Origin: an uncultured Holophaga sp.
GTDB lineage: Bacteria; Acidobacteriota; Holophagae; Holophagales; Holophagaceae
Assembly (NCBI GenBank): GCA_963664825.1
Contig: OY761614.1
Span: forward strand, 1,408,710 to 1,472,709
Direction of reading: 5' to 3'
Length of the DNA stretch: 64,000 bases
The notes below the pieces were generated by a model. The model saw only the letters and a list, made by a program, of their open reading frames with translations. It was not told the DNA's origin and ran no database searches. Made by a program: the position numbers and the translations under genes. Below, piece by piece: positions 45,222-54,300 of this stretch (positions are counted from its first letter, which is position 1; each line of letters begins with the position of its first letter).

Positions 45222-47165
45222 CTAATCCGGCAGGTGCATCCTCACGCTGGTGACGATGACTCCGGGCTTGAGCAGGAGCTGGGCCTTGATGCGCAGGGCC
45301 ATCTGGCCATGGAGCACGCGCTCCCACCAGTGGCGGGTGACGAATTCGGGAAGGATGATGGTGAGGCAGACATCGGGCTCGGCGAGACGGAAACGATCCA
45401 CTTCGGCCAGGATCGGCTCCACGATACGGCGATAGGGGCTTGGCACACTCCGGAGGGGCACACCCATGCCGTAGTAGACCCAATCGGCGCGGAGCTTCTG
45501 GATGGCGGGGCTATCGTTGTACCCGTCGGAGCCGAGGTCCACGGTGAGAGCCTCCACCCGATCACCACTGATCAGCCGGGCATAGCGCAGGGCCTGGACG
45601 ACCCCCTTGTGCAGGCTTGAGATGAGCACGATGGCGTGATGCTTGGTGGGTAGTGCCGCGTCCAGGCGGCTGGCGGCCAACTTGGCCGTGAGGCCGATAT
45701 AGTGGCGGTGGATATTCAGGAAGAGCACCACCAGGGCCGGGATGAGCACCACGATGAGCCAGGCGCCGTGGGCGAACTTGGTGATGGCGATATCGAGCAT
45801 CACGATGCCTGAGGTGAGCATCCCCAGACCGTTGACGAGGGCCTTGGTATGCCAGTGGGGCACCTTCCCCTTCAGGTTGATCCAGTGCATCACCATGCCC
45901 GCCTGGCTGAGGGTGAAGCCCGTGAATACGCCCAGCGCGTATAGCGGCAGCAGCAGATCCGTATTGGCGTTCATCATCCAGACCAGGCCGCAGGAGAGCA
46001 CCGTGAGGATAATGATGCCATTGGAGAAGACAAGCCGATCGCCCTGGACGGCGAACTGCTTGGGCATGTAGGCGTCGCGGCCGATAAGGGCGGCCAGGCG
46101 CGGGAAGTCGGCATAGGCCGTGTTGGCCGCCACCACCAGGATGGCGAAGGTGAAGCCCTGGGTCAGGTAGTACATGAGCTTGGGCAAGCCATGGGCCACA
46201 TCCCCATAGATGACCTTTGCCAACTTCGAGAGCAGGGTCTCCGCGACGATTTCAGGGTTCGCGCTATGGGCGTAAATCACGCCGAAGTGGTTCGAGAGGA
46301 GGGTGATGCCCAGGAACATGGTTCCCAGCAGGAGCACCATCCAGATCATGGTCTTAGAGGCGTTCCGTTCCGGCGGATCCCGGAAGGCCTGCACCCCATT
46401 GGAGATGGCCTCCACGCCGGTGAGGGCCGTGCATCCCGCGCTGAAGGCCCGCATGAAGATCCACACCAGCGCCAAACCCGAGAAGCGCTGGGCGTGATCG
46501 AGGGCCCCTTGTACCTGCTGAAGGCTGGGGGTGAGGGCCTCGCTCCCGAAGGCCCAGCGGGAGAATCCCACCGAAAGCAGGATCATCATGCAGATCACGA
46601 ATCCGTATGTGGGCACGGCGAAGAAGGCGCCACTCTCCTTCACCCCTCGCAGATTGGCCACGGCGATGAAGACGATGGCGACGATGGTGAGCAGGACGTT
46701 ATGACCCAACAGGAAGGGTGCCGCCGCCGTCACGGCTGCAACCCCTGAGGAGACCGAAGCCGCCACCGTCAGGATGTAGTCCGTGAGTAGGGAGGCCCCC
46801 GCCACCAGGGCCGCCAGTTCCCCCAGGTTCGCCTTGGCCACGATGTAGGCCCCGCCTCCCGTGGGATAGGCCAGGATGGTCTGCCGGTAGCTCACCCCCA
46901 GGATGAGCAGCAGACCCGCGATGCCAAGGGCCACGGGAATGGACATCCCGAAGAGCGGCTGGGCCAAACCCGCCACAGACACGACCGCCACACCCTGGGG
47001 CAGGGCCATGGACAGGGAGGCCATGATCTCCTGGGTGGCATAGGCCACCGAGGAGAGGGCATCCGAGCTGAATACCGAAAGGCCGACAAAGTTGTTCAGC
47101 TTGGTGTGATGGGTCTCGTCGCTGGCTAGGCGTCGGCCGAGGAGGAAGCGCTTGAGTTCAGACAT
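45222..47165 (-). CDS. kimA: KimA-like K+/H+ symporter (APC superfamily), copy 1
   Basis: Track ORF trimmed to the ATG at 47165. MSELKRFLLGRRLASDE...SSDALSSVAYATQEI, YRQTILAYPTGGGAYIVAKANLGE, LTDYILTVAASVSSG, SAGCTALTGVEAISNGV, ANTAYADFPRLA, GDRLVFSNGI, and the C-terminal cytoplasmic domain ILPEFV..WWE. Collinear with my recollection of B. subtilis KimA (YdaO). Confidence 0.75.
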   Translation of the reverse strand: MSELKRFLLGRRLASDETHHTKLNNFVGLSVFSSDALSSVAYATQEIMASLSMALPQGVAVVSVAGLAQPLFGMSIPVALGIAGLLLILGVSYRQTILAYPTGGGAYIVAKANLGELAALVAGASLLTDYILTVAASVSSGVAAVTAAAPFLLGHNVLLTIVAIVFIAVANLRGVKESGAFFAVPTYGFVICMMILLSVGFSRWAFGSEALTPSLQQVQGALDHAQRFSGLALVWIFMRAFSAGCTALTGVEAISNGVQAFRDPPERNASKTMIWMVLLLGTMFLGITLLSNHFGVIYAHSANPEIVAETLLSKLAKVIYGDVAHGLPKLMYYLTQGFTFAILVVAANTAYADFPRLAALIGRDAYMPKQFAVQGDRLVFSNGIIILTVLSCGLVWMMNANTDLLLPLYALGVFTGFTLSQAGMVMHWINLKGKVPHWHTKALVNGLGMLTSGIVMLDIAITKFAHGAWLIVVLIPALVVLFLNIHRHYIGLTAKLAASRLDAALPTKHHAIVLISSLHKGVVQALRYARLISGDRVEALTVDLGSDGYNDSPAIQKLRADWVYYGMGVPLRSVPSPYRRIVEPILAEVDRFRLAEPDVCLTIILPEFVTRHWWERVLHGQMALRIKAQLLLKPGVIVTSVRMHLPD

Positions 47166-47230
47166 AGGGCGGAATTGGGCTAAGCATAAGCCATCGCCCA
47201 CTGCCTGGGGAGATCAATCCATTGGAAAGT

Positions 47231-49174
47231 TCACTCCATCTCTGAATCCAGATGGTAGGGGATGGAGATGACCACCGTTTTGGGCCTGGAGAGGAGGGTC
47301 GCCTTGAGGCGCAGGGCCGTCTGATTGTGGAGGAGGTTGCCCCACCAGTGCTCGGTGACGAATTCCGGCAACACCACGGTGAAGGTGCACTCCGGCTCTG
47401 CGGCCCTCATGCGATCCAACTCCTCCGCCACCGGTTCGACGATCTTCCGGAAGGAATTCTCCAAGACCCGGAGGGGAATGCCTTCGCAGTACCGGTGCCA
47501 GTCGGCCTCGAGGCGCGCGCGCTCGGCGCTGGGTTTCCCGTAGGCATCCAGGAAATCCACCGTGAGGGCCTCCACCTGGCCGCGCTCGGCAATGGTCTTG
47601 GCGTATCGAATGGCTTCCAGCGTGCCCCGATGGATTCTCGAAACCAGCACAATGACACGGTTCTTCCGGGCATAGATGTGTTCCGTGCGGCTGGCGGCCA
47701 ACCGTGAACGGACGCGAATGTAGTGGCGGTGGATACGGAAGAAGACGACAACCAGTCCTGGCACCAGGAGCACGATGATCCAGGCCCCATGCACGAACTT
47801 CGTGATGCCGATATCCAGCATCACGATCCCCGCCGCAGCCGCGCCGAAGGCGTTCACCACGGCCTTCAGGAGCCACTTCGGTTCCGACTTCTTCCGGTTG
47901 AGCCAGTGCACCACCATGCCCGTCTGGCTGATGGTGAAGCCGATGAACACGCCCAGGGCGTAGAGCGGGAGCAGGAGATCGGTGTTGGCGTGGCAGATCC
48001 AGACCAGGGCACAACTCACGAGGGTCAGGAGGAGGATGCCATTGCTGAAGACCAGACGGTCGCCCTGGCTGCTGAGCTGCTTGGGCAGGAAGCCATCCCC
48101 CGCATGAAGGGCGGCCAGTCTCGGGAAATCCGCATAGGCGGTGTTGGCTGCCACCACCAGAACGGCGAAGGTGAAGCCCTGGGTCAGGTAGTAGATCAGC
48201 TTGGGCAGACCATGGGTGACATCGCCATAGATGGCCTTGGCCAGCTTGGAGAGCAGTGTCTCCGCGACATGGCTCGGATCGGCGCTATGGGCGTAGACCA
48301 CGCCGAACTTACTGGAGAGGAGCGTGATCCCCAGGAACATCACGGCCAACAGCGTGATCATCCAAACCATGGTCTTGGCGGCATTCCTGGAGGCCGGTTC
48401 CTTGAAGGCCGTCACGCCATTAGAGATGGCCTCCACACCCGTCAGAGCCGTGCAACCCGCGCTGTAAGCCCGCATGAAGACCCACACCAGGGCGAATCCC
48501 GAGATATTGGTGGCCTGCTGCACCGACTGATGGACCTGCACAGGGGTCGGTCCCCCGCCCAGGATGGCCTTCACAGATCCCACGGCCAGCATGAGCATCA
48601 TCAGGAAGATGAACCCATAGGTGGGAATGCTGAAGAGAGCGCCGGATTCCTTGACGCCCCGGAGATTGGCCACGGCGATGAAGAGGATGGCGGCGATGGT
48701 GATGGTGACGTTGTAGCCGCCAAGAGAAGGCACGGCGGAGCTGACGGCCGCGACGCCCGAGGAAACGCTGGCCGCCACGGTGAGGATGTAGTCCATCAGG
48801 AGCGCGGCTCCCGCGGTCTGGGCCGCCACTTCACCCAGGTTCTCCTTGGCCACGATGTAGGCCCCGCCGCCGCCGGGGTAGGCCATCACCGTCTGCCGGT
48901 AGCCGATGCCGAGGATGACCAGTAGGCCCACGATGCTGAGAGCCACGGGAATGGAGAGCCCCATAAGGGCCGCCGTCGCACCCGCGAGGGTGATCCCGAC
49001 CAAACCATGGAGATTGCTCGAGAGGCTGGCCATGATTTCCTGGGTGGCATAGGCCACGGAGGAAAGGGCGTCCGAACTGAAGACCGCCAGCCCCACGAAA
49101 TTATTCACCTTCGTGTTGTGCATCTCATCGCTGGCGAGCCGACGACCGAGAACGAAACGTTTGAACTGAGGCAT
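47231..49174 (-). CDS. kimA: KimA-like K+/H+ symporter (APC superfamily), copy 2
   Basis: ATG at 49174 (track start is GTG 49180). MPQFKRFVLGRRLASDE...SSDALSSVAYATQEI and the same motif set as copy 1. Confidence 0.75.
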   Translation of the reverse strand: MPQFKRFVLGRRLASDEMHNTKVNNFVGLAVFSSDALSSVAYATQEIMASLSSNLHGLVGITLAGATAALMGLSIPVALSIVGLLVILGIGYRQTVMAYPGGGGAYIVAKENLGEVAAQTAGAALLMDYILTVAASVSSGVAAVSSAVPSLGGYNVTITIAAILFIAVANLRGVKESGALFSIPTYGFIFLMMLMLAVGSVKAILGGGPTPVQVHQSVQQATNISGFALVWVFMRAYSAGCTALTGVEAISNGVTAFKEPASRNAAKTMVWMITLLAVMFLGITLLSSKFGVVYAHSADPSHVAETLLSKLAKAIYGDVTHGLPKLIYYLTQGFTFAVLVVAANTAYADFPRLAALHAGDGFLPKQLSSQGDRLVFSNGILLLTLVSCALVWICHANTDLLLPLYALGVFIGFTISQTGMVVHWLNRKKSEPKWLLKAVVNAFGAAAAGIVMLDIGITKFVHGAWIIVLLVPGLVVVFFRIHRHYIRVRSRLAASRTEHIYARKNRVIVLVSRIHRGTLEAIRYAKTIAERGQVEALTVDFLDAYGKPSAERARLEADWHRYCEGIPLRVLENSFRKIVEPVAEELDRMRAAEPECTFTVVLPEFVTEHWWGNLLHNQTALRLKATLLSRPKTVVISIPYHLDSEME

Positions 49175-49280
49175 AGGCACCTGAAGGAGCTACCAACCCG
49201 TAGCCGCAAAGGATCCATTTGAACACAGATCCCGCCCTCTTCCAGGGCAAGTGGCCACGAAGGGGGAGATTTGTCCCGGC

Positions 49281-50168
49281 TCAGCAGGCCAGCGCTTCCA
49301 CCACGTGCAGCTGCCCTGGCCCGAGGGGCCATAGCCAACGCTTCCCATGAAGGAGGGGCCGGCCCTGGAGAGCAGCCATCACATCCACACCCACCAAGGG
49401 ATCGATGATTTCCAGGGGACCCGCGGCCCGCAACTGGGCCTTCCATTCCGCCGTGAAGGCCCCCAACTCCACCATAGGTCCCTCACCCAGCACGGCCCTG
49501 TCATGCACCATCCAGAGCCTGGCATCGCTCTCCTGCAACACCTCGAGGAGGCGCTTCAGGAGGCGGGCCGTCCAGAGATCCAGGGCCACCGCCAGAGGAT
49601 CCACCTCGTCCGGATCGAATCCCCAGGGTCCCTCGGGGGCGAAGGCGCCTTCCACGATGCGCTGGGCCAAGGGCGCCAGCTGGCCCATGAAATTGGCGGC
49701 CAGGATGGTGCCGGGATGATGGTGCGCGATCCAAGCCTCCAGGGGGAGCGGTTCCACAGGCAGGGAGGGCAGCAGGGCCGCGAGTCGGAGGCGGGCGATC
49801 TCCCAGCGGCGGCGGCGTCCCGACCAGCTTTCCCGCACAGCCCGCTGGGCGGCGCACTGCAAGGGAACAAAGGCCCCCGTGATATCTCCGAAGACCCAAG
49901 GAGCCCGGCGGCCATGCCGGAGCAAGGTCCGCACCCGACTGAATGGATCGGCATCCCAGCCGGTGCTGCCCTTGGGGGCCCTATCCCAGGGCACTTCCAG
50001 GCCCGAGCCAGCCCCCAGGATGAGGATGGGCCGCTGAGGATCGGCGCATTCCAGGCCCTCGCCCAGGAAATCCCGGACCTGCAACAGGTGCTCCACCCAG
50101 TCCCGGCGATTCCTGGCCAGGAAGGCCCGCTGCTCCCGGGCTAGCATGCGCTGAAGGGGACTGAACAT
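49281..50168 (-). CDS. hypothetical protein
   Basis: 295-aa ORF whose coding-like composition fills the gap between kimA copy 2 and lipA. PILILGAGSGLE could be a dinucleotide or SAM-binding loop. No family recognised. Confidence 0.35.
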   Translation of the reverse strand: MFSPLQRMLAREQRAFLARNRRDWVEHLLQVRDFLGEGLECADPQRPILILGAGSGLEVPWDRAPKGSTGWDADPFSRVRTLLRHGRRAPWVFGDITGAFVPLQCAAQRAVRESWSGRRRRWEIARLRLAALLPSLPVEPLPLEAWIAHHHPGTILAANFMGQLAPLAQRIVEGAFAPEGPWGFDPDEVDPLAVALDLWTARLLKRLLEVLQESDARLWMVHDRAVLGEGPMVELGAFTAEWKAQLRAAGPLEIIDPLVGVDVMAALQGRPLLHGKRWLWPLGPGQLHVVEALAC

Positions 50169-50236
50169 CCCTCCACTTTACAGCGGCCGTGACCCACTCC
50201 CGGATCCCAGGGTTCAAACTGGAGGGGAGGTGTCCA

Positions 50237-51163
50237 ATGCCCCGTTTCTCCAAGCGTGCCGGTCGGGAGGTCCTGAATGGCCATGTGCGGCTTCCTGAAT
50301 GGATCACCCGGGACCGCGTGAAGCTCTCGGAACTGCACGCGATGAAGACTGATTTGAGGTCCTCCGGTCTGCACACGGTCTGCGAGGAGGCTCGCTGTCC
50401 AAACCGCAATCACTGTTTCACCCATGGCACGGCCACCTTCCTGCTGATGGGTGACACCTGCACACGGGCCTGTGGCTTTTGTGCGATCCAGAGCGGGCGA
50501 CCGAACCCCCTGAACGCCTGTGAACCCGAGGAAACGGCCGCTCGGGTCTCGGAGCTGGAGCTGAAGTTCGCCGTGCTCACCTCGGTGAATCGCGATGATC
50601 TGCCCGATGGCGGCGCCGCCCACTTCGCCGAGACGATCCGGGCGATCCGTCGGCGCTGCCCCGGCGTGGGCGTGGAGGTCCTGGTGCCCGATTTCCTGGG
50701 AGATCTGGAGGCCGTGGCCACCGTGGTCGCCGCAGGCCCCGCCGTCTTCAACCACAACACGGAAACCGTGCCCAGCCTCTATTCAACGGTGCGCCCTTCC
50801 GCCCGCTACGAGCGCACTCTGAGGGTCTTGAAGGAAGCCAAGAGCCTGGGCAAGGCCCTCTACGGCGACGAGTTCCGCACCAAATCGGGCCTGATGCTGG
50901 GCCTGGGTGAGACCGAAGAGGAGTTGATGGTGGTCTTCGCCGCCCTGGTGGAGGCGGGCGTGGACATCCTGACCCTGGGCCAGTATTTGAGGCCCACCCG
51001 CCACCAATTGCCCGTCCAGGCCTACATCCACCCGGACGAGTTCGCCGCGCTGGGCCGCAGGGCCAAGGCCCTGGGATTTCGCACCGTCTATGCCGGCCCC
51101 CTGGTGAGATCGAGCTTCAATGCCCAGGAAGTGAGCCAGTACGAAGGCATCTCCATTGCGTGA
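50237..51163 (+). CDS. lipA: lipoyl synthase
   Basis: Track ORF starts at GTG 50189. ATG at 50237 has GGAGGGGAGG upstream. CEEARCPNRNHCF and TATFLLMGDTCTRACGFCAI (radical-SAM CxxxCxxC). Confidence 0.9.
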   Translation: MPRFSKRAGREVLNGHVRLPEWITRDRVKLSELHAMKTDLRSSGLHTVCEEARCPNRNHCFTHGTATFLLMGDTCTRACGFCAIQSGRPNPLNACEPEETAARVSELELKFAVLTSVNRDDLPDGGAAHFAETIRAIRRRCPGVGVEVLVPDFLGDLEAVATVVAAGPAVFNHNTETVPSLYSTVRPSARYERTLRVLKEAKSLGKALYGDEFRTKSGLMLGLGETEEELMVVFAALVEAGVDILTLGQYLRPTRHQLPVQAYIHPDEFAALGRRAKALGFRTVYAGPLVRSSFNAQEVSQYEGISIA

Positions 51164-51182
51164 TCTTAACATTTCTTAACAT
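51164..51182 (+). promoter_or_regulatory. tandem direct repeat TCTTAACAT-T-TCTTAACAT upstream of the C10 protease gene
   Basis: Exact 9-nt repeat at 51164-51172 and 51174-51182 (10-bp phasing). AT-rich in a GC-rich context. Lies right after the lipA stop and 136 nt before the protease ATG. Confidence 0.4.
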
Positions 51183-51317
51183 CGCAATCTGAGCCCCTCC
51201 TGGACAATGAAGGATCGGAGCCAGATGGCATCGCTTAGGCCATGTTCGAATCGAAAAGAATGGGGTCCACTCCCCCATTCGATGTTGGATCACACTATGG
51301 ATCGCCTCGGAGAGCCT

Positions 51318-54300
51318 ATGCAATTCTCGCGCAACCGTTCCGCCTTCACCTCCCTGGGGCTCCTGCTCGTGGCAAGCACCGCGGCCCTGGCGGCCCCGGT
51401 CAATTCCATGCAGGTCAATCAAGCCGTCCAGACGTGGCTCCAACGCACGCCTGCCCCCTTGAGGACCCCCCTCGGGGCCGATATCGCCACCATCGAAACC
51501 CACAGGGACGTCGATGGTCAGATCCTCTTCCACGAGGTTCGCCTAGCCCCCGAGGGATTCGTAATCGTGGCCCCGGATGATCTCCTGGAGCCCATCGTCG
51601 CGTTCTCGGCCCACGGGGTTCTCAAGACGGATGCCGAGAGCCATCTCTACCTGCTGCTCCAGCGGGATCTCCGGACACGCCTGGCCCGCATCGCCCCCAC
51701 CTTGAATGGCAAGGCTCCGCACTTATCGCAGACCAGCACCCGTGCGACCCAGGCCAAATGGGAGGCGCTGGCGGGGAATGCCAACACCGTTTCCCTGAAC
51801 ACCGTCAACGATGTGCGCGTCGCGCCCCTGGTCGCCAGTAAATGGAGCCAGAGCACCGTCAATGATTCCAGCAATGGGCTCATTGCCTACAACTACTGGA
51901 CGCCGAGCCACTACGTCTGCGGCTGCGTAGCCACGGCCATGGCCCAACTGATGCGCTTCCATTCCTTCCCAAGCACTGGGATCGGCGTCAATACCTTCAC
52001 GGTCAAGGTGAAAACAGGGACTACGACCGTGACTAAGACCTTGAGCACACGGGGCGGGGATGGCCTGGGCGGTGCCTACGACTGGTCCTTGATGTCCTTC
52101 ACGCTCAACTCCTCCACACCCGATGCCCAACGTGGGATGGTTGGATCCCTCTGCTATGACGCGGGCCTGTCGGTCAAGATGAGCTATGCCAGCGATGGAT
52201 CTGGCGCCTACAGTGCCGATGTGTCGGGAGCTTTGAAGAATACCTTCAAATACACCAATGCCATCTACGGCTCCAACGGCGGCTCGCTGAGCGGCTCTGG
52301 CCTGACGGAAATGGTCCAACCCAATCTGGACGCCGGCTACCCCGTCATCTTCGGGATTTCCAGCGCCGATGGAGATGGCCACGAGATCGTCTGCGACGGC
52401 TACGGCTATGCGAGCTCAACCCTCTACCACCATCTCAATATGGGTTGGAGCGGTAGCGACGACGCCTGGTACAACCTGCCAGATATCGAGACTTCCCAGG
52501 GCACGTACAACGTAATCGATGATTGCATCTACAACGTGTTCAAGATTGGCACCGGGGAAATCCTCAGCGGCCGCGTCACCGATGGCTCCGGAAGCCCAGT
52601 AGCAGGCGTTGCGGTCGCCAGCGGCGCTGTCAATTCCACCACCAATACCAATGGAATCTACGCCCTGAAGGGCCTCAAAGCAGGCCCCCAGACGCTCACG
52701 GCAACCAAAACAGGCCTCTCCTTCCCCACCGCCGTGCGCGTGATGGGCACTTCCAGTGAGGGTGGCAGCGTGGGCAATATCTGGGGCGTGGACCTGGTCC
52801 AGGGGACTGGAGCCACACCCACGATCTTCCCCCAACCCCTGACCCAGGATGTGAAGCTGGGCGGCTCGGTCACCTTCGTCGCGGGAGCAACAGGCGTGGG
52901 CCCCCTCTCCTTCCAGTGGACCAAGAACGGCACCTCCGTAGGTGCCGATAATCCGACCTACACCCTCGACAACGCCGCAGACACCGACGACCAAGCCCAA
53001 GTCGTCCTGCACACAAACGGTGGCTCGGGCTCCGCTGATAGCACACCGGCAACCCTCAATGTGGTGCGGCTCTTCAATGGTGATTTCGAGAAGGGCAATA
53101 TCGGCTGGACCCTCATCAATCCGGGAGACAACTCTGGACCAAACGCCAATGTGATCCTTGGCCCGTCCTCCTATGCGGAAGTGACACCCCATGGCAGCAG
53201 CTGGCTCTGCATCGGTGACTGGAGCGCGTCCTGCACGGACTACGCCTCCCAGGAGATCGTCCTCCCCAACGCCAGCGCCATCGATCTGAGCTTCTGGGTG
53301 GGCATCGCGAACAAGACCAAGACACCCAGCTCCGCCGCCAATATCTTCACGGTGAAGATCCTAGACACGAACGACAACCTGCTGACCACGCTGAAGACCC
53401 TCGATAACACCAACGCAGAGGTGGATGCCAACACGAAGGTGGTCTGGAAATCATATAGCGCGGATCTGAAGGCCTACGCCGGAAAGACCGTTAAGCTGCG
53501 CATCGAGTCCTATCAGCCCGGAGGTTCGGACACGGGCACCATCTTCGCGGTCGATGACGTGGCCCTCACCATCACCAAGGGACCCAAGGCCACACTCAGC
53601 CAGGGGCCCCTCACGCTGATCACAGGCGGACAGGCCTCCTTCACGGCCACCGTAAGCGGGGCTGCCTCCGATAATTCGGTGAACTGGACCACGACCCCTG
53701 TCGGCGGCAGTTTCAATCCCGCCCAGACAGCCGGGGACGGAGCCGCGGCCACCCTGTTCACGGCCGGTCCCAGCGTGGGCACCTACACCGTCACGGCGAC
53801 GCCCGTGGAAGCCAACGGCACAGCCGCGAGCACGGCGGTCACCCTGGTGGATCCCTCCACGGTGAAGGTGACCCTCACTCCCAGTGCCACGGCGGTCAAA
53901 CTCGGCCAGGATGTCTCCCTGACGGCCTCCGTCACGCCCCTCACGGACACAAGCGTGGACTGGTCCTGTAGCCCGGGCGGCCAAGGCACATTCGCCAGCA
54001 CTAGTGCCACTGCGGCCTCATGGTCCTCCAACACCGCAGGCACCTTCAACCTCACGGCCACCAGCCATGGGGCTCCCACACGAAGCGACATCAAGCAGAT
54101 CCGGGTCGTCGACACCTCCGCCATCGCGCTGGTCCTCGACCCAGCAGCGGCCACCCTGCTATCAGGAACCTCCGCGACCTTCACGGCCAGCGGCGACCTG
54201 GGCCTCGGCGTGAACTGGACGCTCACAACGCCCGCTTCCAAAACGGACAACGGTCTCAGTACCCTGGTCACCGTCCCCACTGCGGCGCCCTTGAAGACGG

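Noticed and set aside
47166-49280. ydaO-type c-di-AMP riboswitch in the kimA leaders
   Set aside because: The leaders are only 65 and about 100 nt, and I could not see the pseudo-two-fold conserved helices. This needs an Infernal scan to exclude formally (listed as a check under findings).
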